A stretch of 64,000 nt of DNA, taken from positions 14,142 to 78,141 of IMG/VR virus record IMGVR_UViG_3300033405_000012; one strand, written 5' to 3'. Below the pieces are notes generated by a model, which ran no database searches, had not been told where the DNA came from, and saw only the letters and a program-made list of their open reading frames with translations. This document shows, one piece after another, positions 1 through 8,891 of this stretch; position 1 is the first letter of the stretch; each line of letters opens with the position of its first letter. Made by a program: the position numbers and the translations under genes. The stretch comes from a virus (lineage: Duplodnaviria > Heunggongvirae > Uroviricota > Caudoviricetes).

Positions 1-19
1 ACGTCGTGGAGTATGCTTC

Positions 20-721
20 TCACGGCAGCAAGCCTTTATAGTTGGCCACGCCAACGCCTAGCCGCGTGCAGCCCAGGCCCAAGTACAAGCAGGCGTCCTG
101 GTGGGTCTTGATGCCGCCGCTGGCCTTCACCTTGGCTGCCCCTTGGGCTGCCTCCAACATCAGCTCCACGGCCCAGGGCGTCGCGCCGCTTGGCCCGAAG
201 CCGGTGGACGTTTTCACGAAGTCCACACCGTAGTCCACGCACAGGCGCGTCGCCTCCAGGACTTGACGCGGTTGGTAGTAGCACGTCTCCAGGATCGCTT
301 TGACGAGCACCTTGCGGTCGTGTGCCGCCTTGACGATGCGGCCGAGTTCCTGGGCCACCACCACGATGCGGCCCTCCAGGAAGCGGCCGTAGTTAATCAC
401 CACGTCCACTTCCACCGCGCCGTCGTCGATGGCGCGCATGGTTTCCAGCAGCTTGACCTCCGGCGACGTGTTGCCGTGCGGAAAGCCGACCACGGAGCAG
501 ACTCGTGGTGTGACCTGTTTGGCGACGGCGACGTTGTAGCTGGCCACGCAGACGGACGCGGCCCCGATCTCTTCGACTTCGCGGGCAGCCCCACTCGCGT
601 CCTGTAGAGTGGCGTCCGGCCGCAACAGGGCGATGTCCAGGGCCTTGACGATCTGGTCTCGCGGCAAGGCCGGGATTTCGTGGGGTTGGGCGTTTTCGGG
701 GATTACGTCAGTCGGAGGCAT
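20..721 (-). CDS. deoC: deoxyribose-phosphate aldolase (DeoC)
   Basis: Translation matches DeoC along its length (VCVASYNV, VVGFPHG, EVDVVINYG, KAILETCYY, DFVKTSTGF, KASGGIKT). Start taken at the internal Met (MPPTDV); the ORF-track start at 784 is an alternative. ~233 aa. Confidence 0.85.
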   Translation of the reverse strand: MPPTDVIPENAQPHEIPALPRDQIVKALDIALLRPDATLQDASGAAREVEEIGAASVCVASYNVAVAKQVTPRVCSVVGFPHGNTSPEVKLLETMRAIDDGAVEVDVVINYGRFLEGRIVVVAQELGRIVKAAHDRKVLVKAILETCYYQPRQVLEATRLCVDYGVDFVKTSTGFGPSGATPWAVELMLEAAQGAAKVKASGGIKTHQDACLYLGLGCTRLGVGVANYKGLLP

Positions 722-726
722 GGTCG

Positions 727-1491
727 CTAGAAATTGGTGAACAGGACTTCGACCTTGTTGCTGCACTTGCCTCGGCGCTCGCAAGCGCCGCGGCGAGGCG
801 TATCACGCTCGATGCGGTTCCAGCCGGAGAAGAAGTTGTCGGCGGCCGGCGACTCGGAAACGACGACCCTTGCGGTGGCAGCCCTCAGCAGCTCGACCAT
901 CGCCGGATAGTCGATCCGGTAACGGTATTCCGCTTCGTGGCCAAAATACGGCGGGTCCACATAGATCAAGGTGTCCGGTCCGGTCCTGTAGACGCGCTCG
1001 ATGGCGGCGAGTCCATCTTCGTGCAAGAGCGCGACATTACGGACTCGATTGGCCGCCGGCAGCACCCGCAGGAACCAGTCGGCCCACACCTCGGACTTCG
1101 GCTTGTGCGGGGCCGGGCACTTATCCAGGGACCACGTTGAGGAGTTGCCATCACCGCAGTAGAACTGTGTGCCCTGCGCCATCAGCAATACGGCTTGCTC
1201 GATGTCGCCCACGGGCTGCTCCCGCCAATTGGCGGCCGAATAGGGCGTGGCCCAAAGCAAAGCGGCCAGTTGCTCCGGCTGCGACTTGATGGCCCGCCAC
1301 ATGCCCATGATTCGGTCATCCAGATCGTTGATGATCTCGACGAACGAGCGAGGCTTGGCCAGCAGCACGGCAGCCGAGGCGCAGCACGGCTCCATGTAGA
1401 CCCGGTGCTCCGGGAAGTGCGAGGCAATCCACTTGGCGATGGATGCCTTGCCACCGTACTGCCGATAGGTGATTTGGGGCGTGGCCGTCAC
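727..1491 (-). CDS. dam: Dam-family (alpha-class, D12) N6-adenine DNA methyltransferase
   Basis: N-terminal YGGK then EPCCASAAV (motif I, FxGxG-like), and C-terminal IYVDPPYFG (DPPY motif IV). 5-nt spacing to deoC. Confidence 0.8.
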   Translation of the reverse strand: MTATPQITYRQYGGKASIAKWIASHFPEHRVYMEPCCASAAVLLAKPRSFVEIINDLDDRIMGMWRAIKSQPEQLAALLWATPYSAANWREQPVGDIEQAVLLMAQGTQFYCGDGNSSTWSLDKCPAPHKPKSEVWADWFLRVLPAANRVRNVALLHEDGLAAIERVYRTGPDTLIYVDPPYFGHEAEYRYRIDYPAMVELLRAATARVVVSESPAADNFFSGWNRIERDTPRRGACERRGKCSNKVEVLFTNF

Positions 1492-1578
1492 AGTTGCTTC
1501 TCTGGGTGCTGTCCTACGCGATTGCCCCCTGCCGCCATTTCCGGGGTGTGGTCGGTCTGAAGGTTCATGCTTGCCCGT

Positions 1579-1725
1579 TCAGCCCTTCTTGGTGGCGAGG
1601 TAGGCCACGACACAAATGGTGGCAATGCCCAGGATCATGCAGACGGCGGCGGCCGGCGGGCTGGTGATCGTAATGACGATCCCGCCGAGCACGACGATGG
1701 TGATGGTGGCAAGGGTGCTGTCCAT
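1579..1725 (-). CDS. small two-TM hydrophobic protein (holin-like topology, function unknown)
   Basis: Internal Met of ORF 1579..1920: MDSTLATITIVVLGGIVITITSPPAAAVCMILGIATICVVAYLATKKG. Its start overlaps the stop of the upstream gene by 1 nt. Confidence 0.4.
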   Translation of the reverse strand: MDSTLATITIVVLGGIVITITSPPAAAVCMILGIATICVVAYLATKKG

Positions 1726-2471
1726 TACTCGCCTCGCAGTCGTTTTATGGCTTGGAGATAGTGGGTTTCGCAGTTGCGGCAGTTCCGGCAGTAGCTTGAT
1801 TCGATGCTGCTGCACATGGAGACCAGCCGGTTGTCTCGGTGGCGTGACATGACCCACCGCATGAATGCCTTGGTCGGGCACCAGTACGAGTTGATGTGGC
1901 GGACTCGCCACTCGTAGCACGGGCTGCCTACGGCCCGCTGCACCTCATCGGGGACGACCGGCTCATGGTCGTAGTAGGCCATGAAGGTGATGACCACGGG
2001 CACCTTGGCGGCCGTCCAAGCGGCCGTGGCCTTGTCCACCAGGGCCAGGTTGGTGGCCGACGTGCGAAGCCGCACGAACATCAGGTTCGAGGCCGGCGAG
2101 TACCAGTCGTCCCAGTGCCAAATTGGCCAGGCGTACCGGCCCTCGTCCTCTTCTCTCGGATTGGCCGTCAGGACGACCGGCCCGGGGAAATCAAACCGGG
2201 GCTTGGAGGTGTTGAAGAAGAACCGCTTGTACCTCTTGGCGGTCTCGATCACCAGGTCTCGCTGATTGTTGCTGTCGTTGCCGCAGTTCACTCGCACGAT
2301 GCCGTCGCCAACCTCCTCGGGCGTCGGGACGTGCGGCTTGTCGATGGGCACGTAGTAGGCCCCCGGCCGGTTGTAAAAGCACTGATTACAGCCGATGGGG
2401 CAAGGGCCGATCTGTGGGATGCAGTCCCAGAACGGCGTGCCCTCCTGCTTCGGGTTGCGGACGGTGCTCAT
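1725..2471 (-). CDS. radical-SAM-like CxxxCxxC protein (possibly phage Gp37/Gp68 / DUF5131-like), function unknown
   Basis: 248 aa. N-terminal CPIGCNQCFY = C-x3-C-x2-C 4Fe-4S/SAM signature. Extra C-terminal CRNCRNC cluster. No further motif assignment possible by eye. Confidence 0.5.
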   Translation of the reverse strand: MSTVRNPKQEGTPFWDCIPQIGPCPIGCNQCFYNRPGAYYVPIDKPHVPTPEEVGDGIVRVNCGNDSNNQRDLVIETAKRYKRFFFNTSKPRFDFPGPVVLTANPREEDEGRYAWPIWHWDDWYSPASNLMFVRLRTSATNLALVDKATAAWTAAKVPVVITFMAYYDHEPVVPDEVQRAVGSPCYEWRVRHINSYWCPTKAFMRWVMSRHRDNRLVSMCSSIESSYCRNCRNCETHYLQAIKRLRGE

Positions 2472-2484
2472 GGTTGGGCCCTAT

Positions 2485-2793
2485 TCATGCTTCTCCGCGC
2501 AGGGGATCGTCGTCGTGCTCGATGATCTCTTCGTTCCACTGGCCGGCTTGGCACCTCACGTCACAAAAGGCGTCAATGACTCTGGCCACCTCGGGGTGCG
2601 CTTCACGATGCCGCAAGATGACTCGCTGGTTGTTGAAGGCCACACGCTTCAAGCGGCAGCGGTACGTGACGCCGGCCGCTCGCAACGCGGCCCGCAGCTC
2701 GCGGTAAAGCTGGCAACTCTCTTCCAGGTCCGGTCCCATGAAGAAGAAGGACTGCCAGAGATCATTGATCTGTAGCTGAAGGTGATGGATCAT
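2485..2793 (-). CDS. hypothetical protein
   Basis: 102-aa ORF with normal amino-acid composition, co-oriented in the operon. Confidence 0.45.
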   Translation of the reverse strand: MIHHLQLQINDLWQSFFFMGPDLEESCQLYRELRAALRAAGVTYRCRLKRVAFNNQRVILRHREAHPEVARVIDAFCDVRCQAGQWNEEIIEHDDDPLRGEA

Positions 2794-2959
2794 CCTCTAG
2801 CTCACGACGGTCCTTCTGTTTCAGGCAGCCACGGAGCCGTTTGGCCCCCTGGCGTTTAGCCCGCCTCCCATGCCCGTCGTGCGTGTTGAAGCAGCGGGTG
2901 TCGTTGGTCTGGGTGCGGGCAATCGCCATGATCTCGGCGCGCTTGACCCTGGCGCTCAC
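2762..2959 (-). CDS. small basic Cys/His-containing ORF (possible)
   Basis: 65-aa ORF whose start overlaps the ligase stop. Arg/Lys-rich. Overlaps the start of 2485..2793, so uncertain. Confidence 0.25.
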   Translation of the reverse strand: MSARVKRAEIMAIARTQTNDTRCFNTHDGHGRRAKRQGAKRLRGCLKQKDRRELEDDPSPSATDQ

Positions 2960-4098
2960 TCCACGTCCCTCCGCCGCCAGTAGCGCGCTTCCTTGGGAAT
3001 GCCGTCATCGGTCAGTTCGCGGTACTTGAGGCTGACGGTCTGCCCCTTCTTGAACTGCTGCCCTTCGACCCAGTAGGGAGCGTCGATGCCAGGGTTGTTG
3101 GCAGCCCAGTCACGGGCCATCGGATCGGCGAATTCGCGCTCGGCGTCGGTCAGGCCGGCCAACTCCAGCCGCTTGCCCTGGTAGTCCACGATCAGGGCAC
3201 CGATCTTGCCCAGAAGCCGGTTGCCCTTGGCAGTCTCCCGGCCGCTGGTGAAGCCCACCACGCGGGCCTCGGCGTCCTGGAAGGGCTTGTACTTGAGGAT
3301 GGAGCGATGGCGTCGGGGCGTCCAAACCGCCTCGGGGTTGCGAATCACCACACCCTCGCCGCCCCGGTCCAAGACCCGTTGCAGGTAGGCTTCCACCTGG
3401 TCGCCGGCCTCCCGCGGAATGTCGATCAGCTTCGTCTGGGGGTGCAAGTAGCAGATCGAGGCCGGGGTGTTTTCCAGGGCCTTGTTCAGTACCGTCAGCT
3501 CTTTGCCGAAAGGCTGGCCAGGCTGGAGAAATCTGAAGTCATCGCCAAGACAGCGTTTCGGGACGGGAACGCCCTCGAAACGCTCTTCCCTGCCGTAGAG
3601 CCGTCGCCTGATCCACGCTTCGGCCGCGAGGTAATCGACGTTGCAGACCATGTTGGCGTTCTTGATCTGCCCGGTGCTGAAGATCGCGCCCAGCGGCGGC
3701 GTGGAGTAGACCGCGAAGACGATCTTGTCGAACCGCTCGTCGGGAACGTCGCCGCCGCAGATCGACCGGCAGAGCTGGAATTTGCCCCGCCCCGCCCACA
3801 ATTCGCCGTCCAGCGGGCAGCTCGGGAGCTGGTTGAGCCACCAGTCCGGGGCCATGATGGGGTTGCCGTAGCGGCTCCACAGGCCGGTCGCCACGGGCTT
3901 GATCTTGGCCTTCTTCCCGCCGGTCTTCGGGTCGATGACGCTGGCCCAGGGGACTTGTTCGGTGGGGAGCCCGCGGCTGAGCCCGCCGTCCCAGAAACAG
4001 CGGGTGCCGTCGAGTTTCTCCGAAATGAACCAGCCAGCCACATCATGCTTGGACGGGTCGTAATGGTCGGCTAGTTGCAGGAATTCACGTCTTGCCAT
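2956..4098 (-). CDS. ATP-dependent DNA ligase
   Basis: Adenylation motif I EKLDGTR (KxDG), motif IV EGVVIR, motif V LKYK. 380 aa, phage-type compact ligase. Confidence 0.9.
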   Translation of the reverse strand: MARREFLQLADHYDPSKHDVAGWFISEKLDGTRCFWDGGLSRGLPTEQVPWASVIDPKTGGKKAKIKPVATGLWSRYGNPIMAPDWWLNQLPSCPLDGELWAGRGKFQLCRSICGGDVPDERFDKIVFAVYSTPPLGAIFSTGQIKNANMVCNVDYLAAEAWIRRRLYGREERFEGVPVPKRCLGDDFRFLQPGQPFGKELTVLNKALENTPASICYLHPQTKLIDIPREAGDQVEAYLQRVLDRGGEGVVIRNPEAVWTPRRHRSILKYKPFQDAEARVVGFTSGRETAKGNRLLGKIGALIVDYQGKRLELAGLTDAEREFADPMARDWAANNPGIDAPYWVEGQQFKKGQTVSLKYRELTDDGIPKEARYWRRRDVE

Positions 4099-4140
4099 CT
4101 ATGCGGCCTTTAGCGGGAGCGGACTAGGATCAACGTTGTC

Positions 4141-4200
4141 CCCACACTTTCCACATCAACGAAACTGCCGCGGCCCATAGTGAATCCGCGCGGATTTCAG
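4141..4200 (-). promoter_or_regulatory. third copy of the promoter-like repeat, with an embedded 14-bp palindrome AATCCGCGCGGATT, upstream of the ligase gene
   Basis: The same TTCGTTGATGTGGAAAGTGTGGGGAC core lies ~35 nt upstream of the ligase ATG. Confidence 0.4.
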
Positions 4201-4769
4201 AAGAATTTCTCCAATTGCGATTCGACGGCCTCAAAGGGCTCGGCCTCCCGCAGCCGGTTCCAGGGTCGCGGGACCAAGATGCCGCACCCGCCCCGCTGCT
4301 CGAAGCGGCGGATGTTTTCTTCCAGGTCGTCGATCAGCAGCGCGCCGGGACGGCCGAAGAGATGCTTGCGGGGCGTGATGGCGTACTGCCGGTGCATCCA
4401 CGGCGGCATGTGCCGATGAATCCAATCCAGCTTGCCGGCCAGACTCTCCGGGCACTTCGTCGGGCTGGTGGCAAGGCAGACGTTCTCCCGCCCGACCAGC
4501 CGGGCCGCCCGATGAAGGACCCAGGGGAAGAGTTCAGACGTGGGGCATTCGAGCCAGGCGGTCCGCGTGATGGTCTTCCAAAACTGGGCCGGCCCGGTGA
4601 ACCTTGGTCGGCCGAGCAGGTAGTTGGCCGCCTTCTCGACCTCAAAGCCGCACTGCTCTGGATACTGCCTGTAATCACGAGGGCTCACCTCACAACCGAC
4701 GTAACGCAAGACGTGCATTGCCAGCGTGTTGCAGGTGTCGTCCAAGTCGAGGAAGACTTCCCGGATCAT
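4197..4769 (-). CDS. HAD-superfamily 5'(3')-deoxyribonucleotidase-like nucleotidase
   Basis: N-terminal FLDLDDTCNT (HAD motif I, DxDxT). ~190 aa, the size and layout of NT5C-family phage nucleotidases. Confidence 0.65.
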   Translation of the reverse strand: MIREVFLDLDDTCNTLAMHVLRYVGCEVSPRDYRQYPEQCGFEVEKAANYLLGRPRFTGPAQFWKTITRTAWLECPTSELFPWVLHRAARLVGRENVCLATSPTKCPESLAGKLDWIHRHMPPWMHRQYAITPRKHLFGRPGALLIDDLEENIRRFEQRGGCGILVPRPWNRLREAEPFEAVESQLEKFF

Positions 4770-5392
4770 TCGTCGCTCCAGTATTCGAGAATGCGGGCCT
4801 TGAGCTTGTGGAACATGCGGTTGGCGGTTGGAAGCGAGACACCGAGATATTCACCGATCTCCTTGAACGTGTACCCTTCCTCATGCAGCCGTAGGCACTC
4901 CCGCTCCGCATCCGAGCGACAGCACGCGGCCATGACATCGCGCAGTTCCACTAGGCGGAAATCAGAGCAGGCTTCCAGCGTCTCGGGGATCACGTTGAAG
5001 ACGCTCGGCGGCTCGCTCGGACGACTGTTGACCAGAAGCAATTTGCTCGGCGGGGGCACACGAATGGTCCGTTCGGATGGCAGCACCGTCCGCATCTCGC
5101 GCTCAATGAATCGGCCAAGCCAATGATTCACAGCGCCCCTGTGGACTTTCTGCGTGATCTTCTGAACGGCTTTCACCAATCCGACGTTGCCGGCGCTCAC
5201 CAAATCGTCGCGGAGGTACGCCGCCCCGGGTACTTGCCGAATCAGCGAATCCGCCTTGACCACCACCAGGCCCAGGTTGTTGAGGATCATGGCCTCTCGG
5301 GCTGCCGAGTCCCCGGCCACGACGGCGGGATACAACTCGTTGTTCCGCTGGATGTTCTCGCTCACGCGGCACCTCCGATCCTGTCCAAGCAC
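4766..5392 (-). CDS. sigma-70 family RNA polymerase sigma factor (phage-encoded)
   Basis: Region-2-like YLRDDLVSAGNVGLVKAV. Region-4 HTH ERECLRLHEEGYTFKEIGEYLGVSLPTANRMFHKLKARI. Start overlaps the nucleotidase stop (ATGA-type coupling). Confidence 0.8.
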   Translation of the reverse strand: MLGQDRRCRVSENIQRNNELYPAVVAGDSAAREAMILNNLGLVVVKADSLIRQVPGAAYLRDDLVSAGNVGLVKAVQKITQKVHRGAVNHWLGRFIEREMRTVLPSERTIRVPPPSKLLLVNSRPSEPPSVFNVIPETLEACSDFRLVELRDVMAACCRSDAERECLRLHEEGYTFKEIGEYLGVSLPTANRMFHKLKARILEYWSDE

Positions 5393-5859
5393 CAGAGGTG
5401 TTGGGCCATGAAAGACCGTTGGGCGCAGGCGTCCCGCGAGAAAGACAACTCGTGGCCGTCAGGGTCGAAGAGCCGACCGCGCTCGTAGGCGACGGCATGG
5501 TGCTTGCGCGGCAGCACGACGCCTTCGAGCACGCCCCGCGTGCTTTCAGTCACCCGAGTGAAGCGCGACCAGGCTTCGTCCTCAGTCAGCCAGCGGAACT
5601 CCGGGCCACGGCCGGCCGTTGCCATCAGGCCGGGACAGGCTTCGATGTTGGTGACGGCGTAGCCGCGGGCCCGGCACACGTCGATTAGCTCTTGCGGGTG
5701 AAACCCGCGACGGCACATGGGCTCAGGCAGCGCCGGCCAGAGTATCTGGCTGCCGTCATGGCCGATCTCGCGGATGATCTCGGCGACCGGGATGTCCAAG
5801 GCCATTGCGAAGGACGTGACGAGGCACATCCATCGCTCCGGCTTGCGTTGCAGGCGCAT
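5362..5859 (-). CDS. hypothetical protein (possible papain-like Cys peptidase)
   Basis: 165 aa. N-terminal WMCLVTSFAMAL Cys and downstream HHAVAYERGRLFDPDG His/Asp could form a catalytic triad. Weak. Confidence 0.45.
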   Translation of the reverse strand: MRLQRKPERWMCLVTSFAMALDIPVAEIIREIGHDGSQILWPALPEPMCRRGFHPQELIDVCRARGYAVTNIEACPGLMATAGRGPEFRWLTEDEAWSRFTRVTESTRGVLEGVVLPRKHHAVAYERGRLFDPDGHELSFSRDACAQRSFMAQHLWCLDRIGGAA

Positions 5860-5904
5860 AGTCTCTCCGCGGCTGAGGGGTAGGCGGGGTGCCGGCGCGG
5901 TAGA

Positions 5905-6318
5905 TCAGGCGGATTCGCCTTCGCGCACTAGCTCGTCGAGCATTCGGTCAATGTCCGCTTGGGTCGGAATCTGGCCCCAGGACGCTTTCCAATAGCTCTT
6001 CCAATTCGGCGGCTTGAACAGCTTGTTGTATTCGTCTTGCGTGGCGGCGGTAAGAATCCAGATGCCGATTCCGAAGGACTCCCACACCGGCCACTTGCGC
6101 TTCTGGTCGCGGGTGAAGCAGTATTTCTTCGGCTGCTTCACGTCGATCCAGCGTGTGCCCCACTTCGGATGCGCGGCATACAGATCGGGGAAACCGGTCT
6201 GGTAGAGGTTGCCATGCGTCCGTTCGACATGCCACCCGCGGGTCATCAGGTAGCGGATCACGTCTTTCTGAATGTGCCACTCCGGTCCGTGGATCGGCCG
6301 CTTAATGCGGGTGGTCAC
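5905..6318 (-). CDS. VRR-NUC domain nuclease (PD-(D/E)xK)
   Basis: GFPDLYAAHPKWGTRWIDVKQ gives a PD...D-x-K signature. 137 aa. It shares coordinate 6318 with the polymerase stop, consistent with tight coupling. Confidence 0.6.
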   Translation of the reverse strand: MTTRIKRPIHGPEWHIQKDVIRYLMTRGWHVERTHGNLYQTGFPDLYAAHPKWGTRWIDVKQPKKYCFTRDQKRKWPVWESFGIGIWILTAATQDEYNKLFKPPNWKSYWKASWGQIPTQADIDRMLDELVREGESA

Positions 6319-8891
6319 TACATCATCTCCGGGGCTCGAATCTTGACCGGAGCGGCACCACCCTTCTTCTCTGCCCAGTTGTCCATCCCCTCGAACCAGG
6401 TCATGCCAATCAGCGGCACCTTCGGGCGGTAGGACCCCACGACTTCGCGGACGTTGGCCGTGATGTCCGTTACGACCGCGTGCATGGCCACCACCATCAA
6501 CTCGTCATGGACATTCAACGGGGCCAGCCGCAACGGATGGACACCCGCAGGCTGCAAGTCCCATAGCCGCCGTTGTACGGCCTTCGTAATCTCCGCACCC
6601 GGCGACTGAATCTCATGGTTGGCGGCAGCCCGCATGTTGGCGGCCTGCATCTGAAAGGCGGCCCCGTAGAGGGCGCTGGCCACGGCACCGCTGACCGTCT
6701 GCACGCGATCGCGCCTGACGACCTTGATCTTGACATCGCGCCAATGCCTGGGCGTGTTGCGGGCCAGGTCGAAGAGGGCCTTGCAGATTTTGTTTTCCAG
6801 CGTGAAGTAGCGGCGGAAGCCGAGGAAGGTCTCGATGTACTCGGCGGGCGTGGCCCAGACCACGGCGCTGCCGATCCCTGCGGGTTGCCGCATGGAACAG
6901 AAGGCGTCGAAGGTCTTGTTACGGGCCTTGCCGATGCCCGGGTAACGCTTCACGAAGTCCGCGTAGGCGGCCTTGGCACGTTGCTCGGTCACGCCCAACT
7001 TCTGGACCAGCGTGTTCCAGTCTCCGCCGTACACCAGGGCAAACACGCCGCGCTTGCCCTTGTCGTACCAGTCGCTCTCTGTGCCCGACGAGTTGATGAC
7101 CTCGGCATAGGACAGACCGGACAGGGCCATGCCGAACAGGGCATGGAGCTTCTGCGGCGTCATGCCGGTCGTCTCACACTCGCCGCAGGGCTTCTTGCTC
7201 TTCCTGTCGATGCCGGTGCCGGCGCACTTCGGACATGGCCCCTTGGTGGTCAGGTCCTTGCGCAGGGCAGGGTCGTTGTACACGGCGTCGGCGATCGTCA
7301 CCTCGAACGAATCGAAGTCGCCGCCGCAGAGCAACATGCCCGGCCAATAGAGCGGGAACATCCTGCGCACGTCCTTGGCGTGCTTGATGCCTTGCGGGTT
7401 GAGGCCGTCGGCCCCGGCCATGCGGCTCGACAGCGTGCCGATCACCACGAAGCTGGCGTGAAACTTGCCGGCCAGCAGCAGCTTCTCGTACAACTCCTTC
7501 TCTTTGACCGCGAACTTGACGGCCAGCACCTCTTTGGATCGCTTCGCGGCCGGGTGCTTGCCGGGTTCCAGAAATCCAGTGCCGCCGCAGCGGGCGCAAC
7601 CCGGCTTGCCCTCGCACCGGCCGCAGGGCTCGCGGGCGGCGATCTCCCAATTGCAGACGGCCTCCAGGTTGCTCTTCTTGGTGGACTCCTCCAGGACAAT
7701 AGCCTCCGTGGCGTCCATCGCCGCCGTGACGTAGCTGCGGACCTCGCCCGGCTTGTTGACGTTGACCGGGCTCGTGGCGATTACCGCCTCGGCCTTGACA
7801 AGCAGTTCCGCCATGCCGGCTTTGTTGATCTCGAAGCCGTGCCAGCGGACCACGGGGACCATGCAGGCCAGCGTCGAGTCGTTGTCCCCCGGAGTGGGGT
7901 AGCCGAAATGTTTGTCCAGGGCCCGCGTGAAAACGATGTCATCGTTGGCATACTCGCGGGCATCCGCCCGGGTGGCCCAATGCTCAATGTGCTTGTCGAT
8001 CACGGCCGGCCAGGCGTAGCCAAGCAGCTTGTCCGCCGGGTCGAGCGGCTTGACCACGCGGGTCTCGTCATCGTGCTCGGTGTCCAGCAGGATGCCGGGA
8101 TCGGTCAAGACCTCCTCCACGGCCACGTTGACGGTGGGGCGGCCCTTCTTGCGGCCCCAGACCTCCCAGTTCCGCTCGGGGCTGGAAACGGCCAGTGCCG
8201 TAGGGGCATAGCCCAATTCATAGGGCCGCCAAGCTGCTGGCGGTTCCACGTCCTTGAAATGGAACTTGGGCTTGAAGCCCATCGCATGTTCGGCGAGGAA
8301 CTTCAGCCCGCCCGCCGGGTTGAACTTCAGGACGACATCCTTGAAGTCGGTGTCGATGTCGCCGTAGCGGTCCTTGCGGTCGAAGACCTGCCATCTGGGC
8401 GCGTCGGGATCAGCCGACCGGGCGAAGTAGATGTTGTCCAGTTGAACGCGGCCTTCCAACTCGGTAGCAAGAGCGTAGGCCAAGGAAGAAGGCACCCGTT
8501 TGATGCGGATGTCTTCGCGGGCCATGAGGGACTGGTACGGCCCCTTGCGAGAATGGAGCATCAGGTCCAGGGCGCAGACTGGCTTGACGCACGGCCCCTC
8601 TTGCCCTTTCGGCTCCAGCAGGGCGATTTCGTTGATGTGCTCCCGCGGAATCCAGTCGGGGTCGGCGAGGCGGAAGACGGTATACGTCTTGGCGATATGG
8701 AACCAGTCGAACGAGAGATTGAAGCCGACGACCGTGTGCTCGGTCAGCCATTCGAGCAGGCGCAGCGTCTCACGGACGGGACGCCGCCAGACCTCATGGA
8801 GGCTGATCGGGCCGTCTTCCACGGCGTACTGCAACAGCACCATCATACTGTGCAGCCCGCATGTCTCGCTGTCCAGATACACCTTGCTCAT
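6318..8891 (-). CDS. family A DNA polymerase with 3'-5' exonuclease domain and two inserted CxxC zinc-finger modules
   Basis: Exo I YLDSETCGL; motif A LCGGDFDSFEVTIADAVYNDPALR; motif B KRGVFALVYGG; motif C VHDELMV. Start set at MSKVYLDSE (ORF-track extension to 9026 rejected as Arg-rich). Confidence 0.9.
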   Translation of the reverse strand: MSKVYLDSETCGLHSMMVLLQYAVEDGPISLHEVWRRPVRETLRLLEWLTEHTVVGFNLSFDWFHIAKTYTVFRLADPDWIPREHINEIALLEPKGQEGPCVKPVCALDLMLHSRKGPYQSLMAREDIRIKRVPSSLAYALATELEGRVQLDNIYFARSADPDAPRWQVFDRKDRYGDIDTDFKDVVLKFNPAGGLKFLAEHAMGFKPKFHFKDVEPPAAWRPYELGYAPTALAVSSPERNWEVWGRKKGRPTVNVAVEEVLTDPGILLDTEHDDETRVVKPLDPADKLLGYAWPAVIDKHIEHWATRADAREYANDDIVFTRALDKHFGYPTPGDNDSTLACMVPVVRWHGFEINKAGMAELLVKAEAVIATSPVNVNKPGEVRSYVTAAMDATEAIVLEESTKKSNLEAVCNWEIAAREPCGRCEGKPGCARCGGTGFLEPGKHPAAKRSKEVLAVKFAVKEKELYEKLLLAGKFHASFVVIGTLSSRMAGADGLNPQGIKHAKDVRRMFPLYWPGMLLCGGDFDSFEVTIADAVYNDPALRKDLTTKGPCPKCAGTGIDRKSKKPCGECETTGMTPQKLHALFGMALSGLSYAEVINSSGTESDWYDKGKRGVFALVYGGDWNTLVQKLGVTEQRAKAAYADFVKRYPGIGKARNKTFDAFCSMRQPAGIGSAVVWATPAEYIETFLGFRRYFTLENKICKALFDLARNTPRHWRDVKIKVVRRDRVQTVSGAVASALYGAAFQMQAANMRAAANHEIQSPGAEITKAVQRRLWDLQPAGVHPLRLAPLNVHDELMVVAMHAVVTDITANVREVVGSYRPKVPLIGMTWFEGMDNWAEKKGGAAPVKIRAPEMM

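Noticed and set aside
3307-4074. 255-aa plus-strand ORF
   Set aside because: Antisense to the ATP-dependent DNA ligase, which has clear KxDG, motif IV and motif V.
4141-4200. TTTCCACAT motifs as DnaA boxes or an origin
   Set aside because: Only 7/9 match to TTATCCACA, single occurrence per element, and each sits at a fixed distance upstream of start codons. Promoter interpretation preferred.
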